From a virus, in the IMG/VR virus record IMGVR_UViG_3300042975_000098: 64,000 nucleotides of DNA; one strand, 5' to 3'. Below the pieces are notes generated by a model that had not been told where the DNA came from, did not search any database, and worked only from the letters and a program-made list of their open reading frames with translations. The translations under genes were made by a program, and so were the position numbers. Shown here piece after piece: positions 30,090 to 40,475 of the stretch (positions within the stretch are counted from its first letter, which is position 1; every line of letters begins with the position of its first letter).

Positions 30090-31874
30090 ATGAGAACTAT
30101 TCTTGACGTCCCGTACATGGAGTCGATGGCCGCTCGCGCGGCCGGCGCCAGGTACGACGCGAAACTGAAGATCACCTATTACGATGGAGCGGCGCCGGCG
30201 GCGCTGGCACGCTGGCTCACCGATGACTACTCGTACTCGCGGTGGGTTGAGGATTCCATGAACGGGGCGGTACGCCCGGTGGCCATGTCGAGCACCGCGT
30301 TCACGCCAAAGCCCCATCAGGTCACCGCGGCGCATGCGATCGCCAGCGCGTGGGCCAAGGGTTCGCCCGGCTTCCTCATCGCCGATTCCACCGGTCTTGG
30401 CAAGACGCTCTCGGTCATCGCCGGCGTGTGCGCGATCGCCAGCGTCCGCGGGTGCTCGAGCGCGCGCCCGTTGAAGACGCTCATCGTCAGCCCGCTCGGC
30501 GCTAAGGGCGTGTGGTCGCAGACGTTGAAATCCTACCCGCCGTCATCGTGTCTTCGCCCGCTGATCATCAACTACCAGCAGTTGAACAAACTGGTGAAGC
30601 CGCCGACGGCTGAGATTCGGCAGCGTTCGCGGGCGAATAAGAGCGGCAGGATATCGACGCATACGAAGAACATGCTCGTGGCTCGCGACGGCACCATGAG
30701 AATACATTTCGACGTCATCGTGTTCGATGAGTCGCATTACCTGAAGAACTACGGTTCCAGCGCGGTGTCCATGCTAGCGGCCACCATCGGCGGGTTGAAC
30801 GCCGAGTATGTTCGCGGTAAATCACCGTTCATCGTGTACAGCACGGCCACACCGGCGTCCACGCCATTCCATTACGCGATCATGGCGCCCACGTTGTCCA
30901 TGCTGCTGAACCCGCGGCTGAAGCATCCGGTGACGCCGGTGAAATGGCCCGAGTTTCTGAAACGCGAGGGGTTCCACGTTCACAAGGCGAAAACATGGTC
31001 ATGGGCGACGGTGCCGTACTGGGGCGCGAAGAGCGATGACCCGAGGGCGGTGGAACGCTACCGCGCCGGCAAGACGAAAGCGGAGCGCGAGCGAAGAGAG
31101 GACTCGGAGCGTATCGGCAAGGCCTGGTCGAGCGAGGGCGCACCGTACATAGCGCGTGAGCCCACCGATCTGCGCGGCTGGCCCAAGCAGCCGGTGAACC
31201 CGTATTACATCTCGCCGACCGCCGACGATCGCGCGCGGTACGAGGAATCGTGGCTTGAGTTCCGGGCATGGCTGAAACTCAAGCGGGCTGGGCAGTCGAA
31301 CCCGCGCGACGGGCTGACGAAACGGCTGCGATTCCGTCAGAAGGCCTCGCTCATCAAGGCCCCCTACGTGGCCGAGCACGCCATCGAACTCGTGGAATCG
31401 GGCATGCAGGTGTTCATCGGCGTCCAGTTCCTCGATACGGTTCGCATCATGGAGCAGGCGCTCGCCAAGGCGCGGGTGTCGTTCGCCGACTGCACGGGAC
31501 TCAGTGATGACAAGCAGGCCGAGCGGCTGAGATTCCAGCGGGGCGAGGCGAAGGTCGTGTTGTGTACGGTCAAGGAGGCCATGTCCTTCCACGCCGGCGA
31601 GATACTGCCCGATGGCACCAGGGCATCCTCCGCACCGCGTATGACCATCATCGCCGACGTTCGCGAGAACCCGAACGATTGCGTCCAGCAGATGGGCAGG
31701 GCCCATAGGGACGGGCAGGAGTCGCCGTGCGAGTTCCCGTTGCTGCTGGGCACTGTCGACGAGAAGGTCATGGGGTCGTTCATCCGGTCGTGCGCGAACA
31801 TGAAGACCATGAAGGCCGACTCGGACCCCGAGTATCTCGACCGCATATTCCTTGGATCGGGCGGGCATCAATAA
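30090..31874 (+). CDS. SF2 (SNF2-like) helicase
   Basis: KPHQ, ADSTGLGKT, VFDESH, STATP, QQMGRAHRDGQ; N-terminal LDVPY..ARAAGARYD module. Confidence 0.85.
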   Translation: MRTILDVPYMESMAARAAGARYDAKLKITYYDGAAPAALARWLTDDYSYSRWVEDSMNGAVRPVAMSSTAFTPKPHQVTAAHAIASAWAKGSPGFLIADSTGLGKTLSVIAGVCAIASVRGCSSARPLKTLIVSPLGAKGVWSQTLKSYPPSSCLRPLIINYQQLNKLVKPPTAEIRQRSRANKSGRISTHTKNMLVARDGTMRIHFDVIVFDESHYLKNYGSSAVSMLAATIGGLNAEYVRGKSPFIVYSTATPASTPFHYAIMAPTLSMLLNPRLKHPVTPVKWPEFLKREGFHVHKAKTWSWATVPYWGAKSDDPRAVERYRAGKTKAERERREDSERIGKAWSSEGAPYIAREPTDLRGWPKQPVNPYYISPTADDRARYEESWLEFRAWLKLKRAGQSNPRDGLTKRLRFRQKASLIKAPYVAEHAIELVESGMQVFIGVQFLDTVRIMEQALAKARVSFADCTGLSDDKQAERLRFQRGEAKVVLCTVKEAMSFHAGEILPDGTRASSAPRMTIIADVRENPNDCVQQMGRAHRDGQESPCEFPLLLGTVDEKVMGSFIRSCANMKTMKADSDPEYLDRIFLGSGGHQ

Positions 31875-32018
31875 GTGATCGCACAAGTTGTTAGATGGTG
31901 TTCCAGTGGGCATCCAGCCGGAGTTGGTCGCATGTCGTTGGGTAACTGGTAATCGACGTGATATTGGACGGTCGGACATGCTCACGTATGTTCATGTTTG
32001 CAAACATAAGGAGTTATT

Positions 32019-32270
32019 ATGAACAGAGTAATGGAAACCATGAAGTCCGAGAGGGGTGCGGATACCGTCGAGGTCATCATCGGCATCGTCGTGTTCGTGG
32101 TCTTCGGTCTCGCGGTGTTCGGCATGGTGACGAAGGCGGCCGGCAACAAGATGGCCGATACGTCGAACTGCCTGCAGGACTCGGGCAACATCATCACCAA
32201 CACCGGCAACAATGCTACAAGCAGCAATAAGTGCAAGACTACCCAAAACGGTACTTACAAGTACAACTGA
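32019..32270 (+). CDS. Flp/Tad-type pilin
   Basis: Class III signal SERG|ADTVE with E+5, hydrophobic helix, two Cys; SD AAGGAG; GATATT at 31960. Confidence 0.8.
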   Translation: MNRVMETMKSERGADTVEVIIGIVVFVVFGLAVFGMVTKAAGNKMADTSNCLQDSGNIITNTGNNATSSNKCKTTQNGTYKYN

Positions 32271-32291
32271 TCTACGGTTGTATCGGTTTCG

Positions 32292-32331
32292 AAGAGTGTG
32301 GCGGTCCTCCCGGGAGGACCGCCACACTCTT
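32292..32331 (+). terminator. Perfect 40-bp palindrome after the pilin gene
   Basis: aagagtgtggcggtcctccc/gggaggaccgccacactctt. Confidence 0.7.
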
Positions 32332-32364
32332 GTCTTTCCATGACATCAACGGAACGGTCGAGCG

Positions 32365-32371
32365 CGATATT
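32365..32371 (+). promoter_or_regulatory. YGATATT-N8-ATG motif (tadC)
   Basis: GATATT at 32366-32371, ATG 32380. Confidence 0.75.
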
Positions 32372-32379
32372 GCCATGGC

Positions 32380-33279
32380 ATGATGTTAGCTAATCCGCTG
32401 TTCGTAGCCATCCTCGTCGGGCTCATGGTCCTGCTCCTCGGGTACATCGCCACGTTCCGCAAGCACATGGTCGACGCGCAGTTCGACGGTTTCGACGGGT
32501 CCAAGGGCTTCATGAAATACCTCGCCGCGCTTGGCAAGAGCGCCGCCGAGGTGATGCCCGAAGGGGCGACGAGAATGAGCGATCGCTATCGATCGCAACT
32601 CGAACTCAGGCTCCGCAAGGCCGGCAACCCGTGGGGCATGTCCCCCGTGGAGTTCCGACTGCTCCAGATAGGCTGCCTGATAGCGGGAGCCGTGTTCGGC
32701 GGCGTAGCCTACTATCTTGTGTACGATGAACTCTCCATGATCCCATGGCCTGTGTTCATCCTCATATCCTCGGTGGTGGGGTGGATCATACCCGGTCGCG
32801 AGCTTAAGAAGCGAATCGCGGACCGTCTCATCTCGTTCAGGCGCGCGCTGCCGGATGCGCTGGACTTCATTCAGATTCAGAACACCATCCACGCGAACGT
32901 GCTGAACTCGATCATCACCATCACGCCGCGACTGGAGAAAAGCGTGGTCAAGGATGAGTTCACCATCCTATGTAATGACCTGAAATCAGGCCGCGACCCG
33001 AAGCTGGCGCTGGAGGACATGGCGGAACGCGCGCCGTCACCGGAGATGGAATCGTTCGTCAACGTCATCATCCAATCCATCACCATGAGCACATCCGCGA
33101 ACGCCGCCCTCGAGGAGCGCTCGAAGACAGCACGCGAGGAGTACATCGGTCTCATCAACGAGAAGATCGCCTCACTGTCCTCCAGAATCATGCTGTACCT
33201 TGGACCGTCGATGATCATGGCGCTGGTTCTCGTGTCCATCGCGCCATCGATGATATCGATCATGAGTTCGCTCTCGTGA
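32380..33279 (+). CDS. tadC: TadC-like T2SS-F family membrane protein
   Basis: LRKAGNPW, LPDALD, ALEDMAER..PEMESFV, C-terminal TM. Confidence 0.82.
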   Translation: MMLANPLFVAILVGLMVLLLGYIATFRKHMVDAQFDGFDGSKGFMKYLAALGKSAAEVMPEGATRMSDRYRSQLELRLRKAGNPWGMSPVEFRLLQIGCLIAGAVFGGVAYYLVYDELSMIPWPVFILISSVVGWIIPGRELKKRIADRLISFRRALPDALDFIQIQNTIHANVLNSIITITPRLEKSVVKDEFTILCNDLKSGRDPKLALEDMAERAPSPEMESFVNVIIQSITMSTSANAALEERSKTAREEYIGLINEKIASLSSRIMLYLGPSMIMALVLVSIAPSMISIMSSLS

Positions 33280-33340
33280 TCGCCGTCGAACGATAACGGA
33301 CGATATAGTAAGCATACCAATAGGAAACGGAGATAACAAG

Positions 33341-35026
33341 ATGACATTCGACCCAACCGAAACAGCCGCGAAGACCCATGCGACCATCGACAGGCTCACG
33401 TCGCTGGCGAAGGAATACGAGGGCGCCACGCACGTCAACGTGCTTGCCGGCGATTCCACCATCGTGCTGCTGACCTCTACCTCCGGCGTGTGGGGATTGT
33501 ACTCGACCTCGAAGCCGCTCAACGTGAAGAACCGCGCGAGCTTCGCCGTAGATCATGACGTGTATCATCTCGGCGCGGAGGTAGGCACGGCCGATCTGGT
33601 TGCGAAACATGCCGATGTCGTGACCGACTGGGTTCGACGATACATGATCGACACGCTTGCGGATATCGTGGACGGCGTGAATCTTGAGAGCATTCAATCC
33701 TCATACACGAAGACGGAACTCAGCGATTACGAGCAGGTGTTCGCCGATACCGTAGGCGATGCCAACGACATCTCGACGCTGGCGGATGATGTGACCGAGG
33801 AACTTGGCCGCCGAGCCGATCTTGAGCACCGGCTCGGGTTGGACGCCGTTGACTGGTCCACGCTGCTGTTCAGCAACACCGCCCTCCAATCCGACACGGA
33901 TGCCAGCAACTTCATCCTCATGGCATCGGCGTCGACCAACGTGAACCTGAAGAAGTCGATCGACTACTCATCGGGATTCCTGCTCTCCGACATTCTTGAA
34001 TCCATATACGCGAACACCGATAAGCATCGCATGCGTCTGGTGAACGGCGATGGCGATGAGTTGACATTCACGCCGCTGGAGAATCAGGAGCAGTCAGGCA
34101 TCGTCACCATCGATGCGGATGTCGCCGATGCGCCGGCGGCCGCGACCGATGATGAAGACGGGCATGACGAAACCGATGAGCCGACCGCCACGCATGATGA
34201 GGAGGCCGATGACATTCTCGGTCTCGGTAGCCATCTGTCGGTGCCGCCGTTGAGCCTTGACTTTCATGTCGAGGATGCCGGTCATGATGCTGGGGATGAG
34301 CATGCCGAGGGGGCGACGAGCGAAGACGACGATCGTGATTCGGTCGAGGACCGCGCCCGTGAGCGTGGATGATGCGACCGCCACGACGGCTGGTGACGCC
34401 GACGAACCAGTGGTCATGCAGGAAGACCAGCATGAGGATGAGCAGCGTCCTGACTGCGGAAGTTGACGTGGACGTCGATTCCGAGTCCTGATGCCCGCGA
34501 TGTCGAAGATGACGAACCGAAGCCGGCCGATGACGCTGAGGGCGTCGGTGACGCGGAGCCGTCGACCGTTGGCGCGACGCCATCGGAACCGACGTATGAG
34601 CAGCCGTCCGTGGAATCCGTGGTCGGTGACGTTCCCGACGTGGATTCCCTGCTTGTCGGAATCGCCCGGACGCGGAAGACCATGGAGGACATTCGCCGCG
34701 CGCAGGAGCATGTGCGCAAGGAGGTCGATGCCGCCCAGGCACGGCTCGATGCTCTTAAGGCGGAGAGGCAGGTGGTTTCCGCGAGGATCGAGAAGCTACC
34801 CGCTGCGCAGCCCGACATCGACGGTAAGATCGCATCGGTCGGCGCCCGCCGCGATGACATCAAGTCGCAGATCGAGTCGCTGCAGGATGAGGTGCAGCGT
34901 CTTGATGACGAGGAGCGTCAACTGGTCGCCGAGAAGACCGCCGAGGTCGATCGCAAGGTGCTGGAGGAGTCCGCCGGCCGACTGGATACGGTCATTGAAC
35001 GCCTGACCGATGCTCTGAAGTTCTGA
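33341..35026 (+). CDS. Hypothetical protein with acidic linker and C-terminal coiled coil (three apparent +1 frameshifts at 34345-34490)
   Basis: Acidic sequence passes through all three frames and returns to the starting frame, joining ORFs 33341-34372 and 34463-35026. Confidence 0.5.
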
Positions 35027-35047
35027 TCATAACGGGGGCGGTGGATC

Positions 35048-35479
35048 ATGGATGACGAGCAGACTTCGGTGAGCACGATACCGGTGTACGTGTTCACCGA
35101 GTTCTTCAACCGCGAGGCGCAGATGTACGCGCTCGGCGACATACCGCTGCGCAAGCCGAAGTCCATCAAGGCCATGATCTACACCATCGTGCTGTTGCTG
35201 ATCTATAGTGTGCCGATGCTGTTCATCGTGGGCATAGGCACCGTTCTCACCGGTCCGATCCCGGCGGCGATCGTCTTCGGGCCGCCGTTGGTCGCCGGCC
35301 CGTTCGTATCGAAGCCGAACTTCCATAACAAGACGTTCATGAAGCACATGACGGCGATCGTGAGGTGGATGGGGCTGGCGGACATGTACTGCGACATGCG
35401 GGAGATGCAGTACGCGGAATCATCGTCCGCCGATATCGGCCTGTGGCTGGCCAACGATAGCGATATTCACCATGCATGA
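35048..35479 (+). CDS. TcpE/VirB3-like conjugation membrane protein
   Basis: YVFT.FF.RE..MY..GDI.L.KP, two TMs, coupled to the VirB4-like ATPase. Confidence 0.65.
   Translation: MDDEQTSVSTIPVYVFTEFFNREAQMYALGDIPLRKPKSIKAMIYTIVLLLIYSVPMLFIVGIGTVLTGPIPAAIVFGPPLVAGPFVSKPNFHNKTFMKHMTAIVRWMGLADMYCDMREMQYAESSSADIGLWLANDSDIHHA
35461..35467 (+). promoter_or_regulatory. YGATATT-N8-ATG motif (VirB4 C-half)
   Basis: GATATT at 35462-35467, ATG 35476. Confidence 0.7.
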
Positions 35480-36648
35480 GAAACAATGAACCTGAGTGGG
35501 TGGGGCCGCTTGTAGGTGTGAACCTGCAGGGGTACCCCACCCCTTTCATGTTCGATCCGCATTCCAGCATCAACTCGCCGCTGAGCAAATCTCATTCAAG
35601 CGGCATCCTCATCACCGGTGGTCCGGGTTCCGGGAAATCGTTCCTTGGCTATACGCTGGCGATGATATCGGCGATATCCGGCAAGGACACCATCATCGTC
35701 GACCCGAAGAACGATGCGCGTAACATAATCAAACTGTCCGATGAACTGGATGGTCTCGTCCATTCCATCGACATGAGCTCCGGCGGGCAGAACGGGGCGA
35801 TGGACCCGTTCGTCAGCGACAAGGATCGCGCCGAGCGCGTCGCCCGCGTCTCCAATCTCACGAAGATCCTCCTGGGCGATCTCGATTCCGAGGAAAGCAC
35901 CGGTCTGTACGCGAAGATACAGGACGTGGCGAACATGCCCGACCCGTCCCTCAGCCTGCTCTGCGACGAACTCGCGAGGAATCAGAACCGCAAGGTATCG
36001 AATCTTGGCATACGACTGAAGAAGATCGGCAAGTCGGACCCCAAGGTCGGCAGCGCCATCTTCCGTTCCAGCCGCGCCCGATCCCGACCGCAGAAGATAG
36101 GCAAGGGACTCACCATCATCACCACGCTGGGCATGGATATACCCAACGAGGGAACGGACGCGAGCATGTACACCGACCAGAACCGTCTCGCCATGGGCAT
36201 CATGTATCTCATCGCCAACTACCTGTGGGATACGGTATCCGACCCATCCCAGTACGATCTGCCCAAGACCATTCTCATGGATGAGGCATGGGCGCTGCTC
36301 GCCACGCAGCAGGGCCTTGAAATCGCGAACACCATTCTCCGCAAGTCCAGATCGTTCAACGCCGTGCTTATCCTCATGACGCAGAACATCAAGGAGATCA
36401 ACGATTCCGATTTCCAATCGCTCATGTCCACGCGATTCGCGTTCCACGCCGACGACCCGGATACGGAGGGTCGGGAACTATGCAAGTCACTGCGAATCGA
36501 CCCCGGTTACGCGCAGACGTTCCCCGACCTGGCGCAGGGGCAGTGCTTCGTACGCGATTACAAGAACCGCGTGTCAGTCATCCAGATCATAGAGCAATCA
36601 CCGTTATGGACGCGTGCGTTCGACCCGCATTCGGGATCGAGGGTATGA
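35476..36648 (+). CDS. VirB4-like ATPase, C-terminal ATPase half only
   Basis: ITGGPGSGKS, IVDPKND, MDEAW, RKSRSFN..TQN, GQCFVRD; only 390 aa. Confidence 0.85.
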   Translation: MRNNEPEWVGPLVGVNLQGYPTPFMFDPHSSINSPLSKSHSSGILITGGPGSGKSFLGYTLAMISAISGKDTIIVDPKNDARNIIKLSDELDGLVHSIDMSSGGQNGAMDPFVSDKDRAERVARVSNLTKILLGDLDSEESTGLYAKIQDVANMPDPSLSLLCDELARNQNRKVSNLGIRLKKIGKSDPKVGSAIFRSSRARSRPQKIGKGLTIITTLGMDIPNEGTDASMYTDQNRLAMGIMYLIANYLWDTVSDPSQYDLPKTILMDEAWALLATQQGLEIANTILRKSRSFNAVLILMTQNIKEINDSDFQSLMSTRFAFHADDPDTEGRELCKSLRIDPGYAQTFPDLAQGQCFVRDYKNRVSVIQIIEQSPLWTRAFDPHSGSRV

Positions 36649-37412
36649 TGAAGCGAAAACGCATGATGGTCATCGCCATCGCCACGTTGGCGGTCGTGTT
36701 CACCGGGTTCACCGCAGCGGCGAGCATGCACAAGACCAAGGTCGATGCGGCCGGCGCCAGCGTGGTCCGCATCGATAAGAAGGCGGCGCGGGAGATCAGC
36801 GACACGACGCGCGGCTTCATCACCGCAGCCGGCACGTTCGGGGTCGACTACGGAACGCTGCCGAACGATGACACCGCGCCGCTGTACGCCGCGTACTCGG
36901 CGTACGCGACCGCCGGTTCCCCCATGCCATCGACGTTGACGCCATACGTCACCACGCGGTTCGCATCGTACGCGAAACTGCTGGCGACCGGTCTGCTTGA
37001 CCGGTCCTCGCCGCTCGCCGGCCGTGGCGAGGACTCGCTCAGGTCGGATAGCGACGCTTCGCGCCTCACCGGGTTCGCGGTCGATGGCGCGAGTATACGC
37101 ATATCCGACCCCGCTGACTCCGTGACCACGTATGACGCGAACGGCGACCCCATGGTGAAGGTGAACGCATCATGGTCGACCACGGTGTCCACGATCGCCG
37201 ACGCCCCCGGCGACCCGGGACAGTCAGGCAAGCCACGCGAGCAGGTACAATGGCATCATGATGACAAGTCATACCGGTTCGATGACGTGCCGGTGACGCT
37301 CGTCCGCACCGGCGGCAAGTGGAGGGTATCCGATGTCGGCGATGGCGGCACGTCAACGTTCTACGGCCGGCACGAATGGATGCTGAGCGCGTCGAACACG
37401 ATCGAGTACTAA
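36645..37412 (+). CDS. Membrane-anchored protein, possibly VirB8/TcpC-like NTF2 fold
   Basis: N-terminal TM; VTLVRTGGKWRVSDV C-terminal strand motif; T4SS context. Confidence 0.5.
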   Translation: MMKRKRMMVIAIATLAVVFTGFTAAASMHKTKVDAAGASVVRIDKKAAREISDTTRGFITAAGTFGVDYGTLPNDDTAPLYAAYSAYATAGSPMPSTLTPYVTTRFASYAKLLATGLLDRSSPLAGRGEDSLRSDSDASRLTGFAVDGASIRISDPADSVTTYDANGDPMVKVNASWSTTVSTIADAPGDPGQSGKPREQVQWHHDDKSYRFDDVPVTLVRTGGKWRVSDVGDGGTSTFYGRHEWMLSASNTIEY

Positions 37413-37416
37413 AAGG

Positions 37417-38013
37417 ATGGACATCATGGACAACGAGAACGATGATCTCACCATGGAAGACGTCGACGAGACGTCGGGAACGGGTGAGGCCGCGCCGACT
37501 GACCCGCGTGATGACGACCGCGGCCACGTCGACAATGGCGAGCGGTCAGTGGACGATGACAAGCCGGACCTGAACGATGATGATGAAACCGATGAAGGGG
37601 CGATCTATGATTCGGATCGCGAGATAGCCGCGAAGGTCATGGATCACGTCATCGACATCCGAGTGGATGGACTGTATGGCGATGACGGCCAAACCCGCGG
37701 CCGGCTGCGGCTCCGCCGCCACCCGCCGACGATGGTGTTCTCAAAGCACCGGAGCGGTGACGAGAGCGATCGTGACGCGGAGGTCAGGGTGATGATGAAT
37801 CAGGCGCTGGCGCACCGGCTGTCAATCATCTTCCATGATATGGACATGGCGTTCGATGGCATCCGCAAGACGGAGAAACGCCGGTTCACATGGGAATCGT
37901 TCAGGAAGTCGGTACGTGACTACTGGACTTACCAGCCGCTCAAGTTCGTGGGCGGCGTGCTATTGGCGGTCGTGGTGGTCGCGCTGGTCATATTCGGGTT
38001 CATCGTATCATAA
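37417..38013 (+). CDS. Hypothetical protein, acidic N-terminus, C-terminal TM
   Basis: ORF with hydrophobic C-terminal anchor. Confidence 0.6.
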   Translation: MDIMDNENDDLTMEDVDETSGTGEAAPTDPRDDDRGHVDNGERSVDDDKPDLNDDDETDEGAIYDSDREIAAKVMDHVIDIRVDGLYGDDGQTRGRLRLRRHPPTMVFSKHRSGDESDRDAEVRVMMNQALAHRLSIIFHDMDMAFDGIRKTEKRRFTWESFRKSVRDYWTYQPLKFVGGVLLAVVVVALVIFGFIVS

Positions 38014-38023
38014 GGGGCATTTC

Positions 38024-38851
38024 ATGGATGTCAACAGCAACATCGTCTTCGTAGCGATGTTCGGCGACGGCCGGTTGGACACTTCGGTGTGGGATTTCTT
38101 CCACGTCGAACGTCTGGTCCACCGCGAGGACATCGTTGACGCCGATGCGGCCGTCATCAGGATTCGAGAGCGGTTCGAGGAGTCATGTCCGGCGACGACG
38201 GAGATGATCGTCGCCCTCGACTCACCGGTGCGAGATGGCGTTCTGCGCGGTGATGATTCCGTGCGCATGGCCGACATCGTGGGCGGTCTCATGCCATACT
38301 CCGTGCACATCGCGAACGTCGATGACCTGCTGGCGATGGCATCATGGGAAAACATCGGCATGGGAATGGGATCATGGCCCGACAAATCGTTATGGGCTCA
38401 TTCATCGCGACTGCTCCATGTCGGGTTGCATCGCCGCGACATCGGCATATCGCTGGTGGAGGCGGGACGTGCGATCACCGGGCTGTCCTACAGGGAAGAC
38501 GATATCTACTCGAAGCAGCTTTCGGTCGTTAACTACGGCAAGTCGCCACGATACTACCTATGGATACTGCGCGACTTCCTGGAGCACGCGAGCCTGTTAT
38601 GGTCGCCCGACATGATATCGGTGGTCCCGTTCATGGAACCCGCGGAAGCCGACCTGGTGCTGGCCGGCGTCTCGTCGGATAAGGTGACTTCGCCGTTGCT
38701 TGACTCGGGGTATTACTCGACGATCGTCGAATGGGTGGGCGTCGGAGCAAGCCTCACCGAGCAGAAGGACCTCATAGGCGACACCCCGGTATTCATACGC
38801 AACGATTCGGCGGTCCAAGATGACGGCATAGTGGAAATGAGGTTGGGTTGA
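38024..38851 (+). CDS. Hypothetical protein (weak ROK/sugar-kinase-like fold)
   Basis: ATG 38024 follows the upstream stop; VALDSPV..G and VHIAN loosely ROK-like. Confidence 0.45.
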   Translation: MDVNSNIVFVAMFGDGRLDTSVWDFFHVERLVHREDIVDADAAVIRIRERFEESCPATTEMIVALDSPVRDGVLRGDDSVRMADIVGGLMPYSVHIANVDDLLAMASWENIGMGMGSWPDKSLWAHSSRLLHVGLHRRDIGISLVEAGRAITGLSYREDDIYSKQLSVVNYGKSPRYYLWILRDFLEHASLLWSPDMISVVPFMEPAEADLVLAGVSSDKVTSPLLDSGYYSTIVEWVGVGASLTEQKDLIGDTPVFIRNDSAVQDDGIVEMRLG

Positions 38852-39528
38852 TCGTATTCGTACTTATCGTGCTCGCGGCGCTGACCGCGTGCTCTATCCC
38901 GTTCCTCCTCGCGTGGGGGAAGATGCCGGTGCGAAAACGCGCCATGCTGGTGGGGGCCGGCGTTCTGCTCTCGCTCCTGTCCGGTCTGCTGGCATCCACG
39001 CTGACGACCGCGACCGGGGACGCGGCGCTCGCGGTCGTGGAACCGATCATGATGTTCGCATTCTACCTTGGTGCGTTCGCGCCCGTGGACTGGAGGATGC
39101 AGCTCATCCCCAGATGGTCATCGGTCGCGCTCATGATCGCGCAGAACGTGTTCGCCACGGTCATGCTGGCCAGAGCGCATTCCCATCTCCTATGGTTCTC
39201 CCTGATCGTTTCGGCCATGCTCTGGGCGTTGCCGCTCGTGCTCGCCGCGCTGAACATGCCCAACATGTTCGGCATGAGCGACGGTCGACTGCTCGCAGCG
39301 TTCACGCCGGCGGCGCTGCTGGCGTTCGGGTACGCGGCATGGATACCGTTCGTGGCCATGGGCGCGGCGCAGTTCGTGTACTCGGTGATCGCGGCGCTGA
39401 CGGCGGGCGGCAGGGACCTGCGTTCGCCCAGCGCCCGCCGGGACAAGAGCATACGCCATGCGAGCGCGCCGCTGGCTCCGTTCGCGTCCGCCGCCTTCCT
39501 CGCCGCCGCGTTCCTCGTCGTGGTATGA
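38848..39528 (+). CDS. Prepilin peptidase (A24, TadV/CpaA-like)
   Basis: Multi-TM; DWRMQLIP and GMSDGRL catalytic Asp motifs; PLAPF. Confidence 0.78.
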   Translation: MIVFVLIVLAALTACSIPFLLAWGKMPVRKRAMLVGAGVLLSLLSGLLASTLTTATGDAALAVVEPIMMFAFYLGAFAPVDWRMQLIPRWSSVALMIAQNVFATVMLARAHSHLLWFSLIVSAMLWALPLVLAALNMPNMFGMSDGRLLAAFTPAALLAFGYAAWIPFVAMGAAQFVYSVIAALTAGGRDLRSPSARRDKSIRHASAPLAPFASAAFLAAAFLVVV

Positions 39529-39535
39529 TGACGGT

Positions 39536-39964
39536 ATGACAAGACGAAGCGTTAACAGGTTGCGGCGTATCATCAAGGCCATCCGGTCCGGCGGCGACAT
39601 GACCACGATCAACGCCAGCGAGGCCGAGGTGATCGCCCATGCCGATCGGGTCCGCGCGCTTGACGTGAAGACCAACGGCAGATTGCTCAACATGCTTGAA
39701 TCACCGGACGTATCGTGGATGGCGGGCATAGAGATACTGCGCTTCGCCGCGAAATCCACATGGAACGACGAGGACACCATCGAACTCGCGTTCGCGTCGT
39801 TGAAGAGCGATCTCGACTTCAAGCTCGGCGTTCTCGATGAGGTCATGCGGCTGGCGGACGCCGATGGCGTGCCCCCGACCATAGCCCTGTCCATGATGTT
39901 GAAATCGAAGCGATATCACACCAACAAGCCAGCACCGTTCACCATCAACAAGGAGGGACTATAG
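39536..39964 (+). CDS. Hypothetical protein
   Basis: GGTATGAT with 6 nt before ATG 39536. Confidence 0.55.
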   Translation: MTRRSVNRLRRIIKAIRSGGDMTTINASEAEVIAHADRVRALDVKTNGRLLNMLESPDVSWMAGIEILRFAAKSTWNDEDTIELAFASLKSDLDFKLGVLDEVMRLADADGVPPTIALSMMLKSKRYHTNKPAPFTINKEGL

Positions 39965-40474
39965 ATGCCGCTTCGCAGACACAGGCAGCAACCGCCCAGC
40001 GCCGGGGCCGTCGGACCGGAACCACCACGTCGGGCCACGCCGACCGAGCCGCCGATGCCCGTTGGCACCGATCGCGAAGAGCCCGCGGCCGGGTCGTGGA
40101 CACTGCTGGACTCCTATGATGGGGATGGCTACCCCAAGGGACTCGGGCACGGTCCGCGCGTGAGAATGGTCAAATCCAATGGCCGCACCAAGATCGTCGA
40201 GGGACTGTCCTATGAGGAGATGCCTTCCCGGATGAAGAGCCGCATGGACGCGCGGCCATGCGATGACGCCGGGCAGCTTCGCATCTGGTTGCGATCGAAG
40301 AGTTCCGTCGGCATGCCGTATTATGAACTCGGCTCAAGCCAGCACGCCGACAAACTCGCCGCCAGTCTGCGCGCCCGCGAGTCCGATCTCGCCGATTCGA
40401 ACGTGGACCTCTCATATGCCACGCGGCCAGCCCTTGGCGACGTCAAGGATCGCAAGTTCCCCGGGGAGGAATAG
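39965..40474 (+). CDS. Hypothetical protein
   Basis: SD AGGAGG; abuts both neighbours. Confidence 0.55.
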   Translation: MPLRRHRQQPPSAGAVGPEPPRRATPTEPPMPVGTDREEPAAGSWTLLDSYDGDGYPKGLGHGPRVRMVKSNGRTKIVEGLSYEEMPSRMKSRMDARPCDDAGQLRIWLRSKSSVGMPYYELGSSQHADKLAASLRARESDLADSNVDLSYATRPALGDVKDRKFPGEE

Positions 40475-40475
40475 C

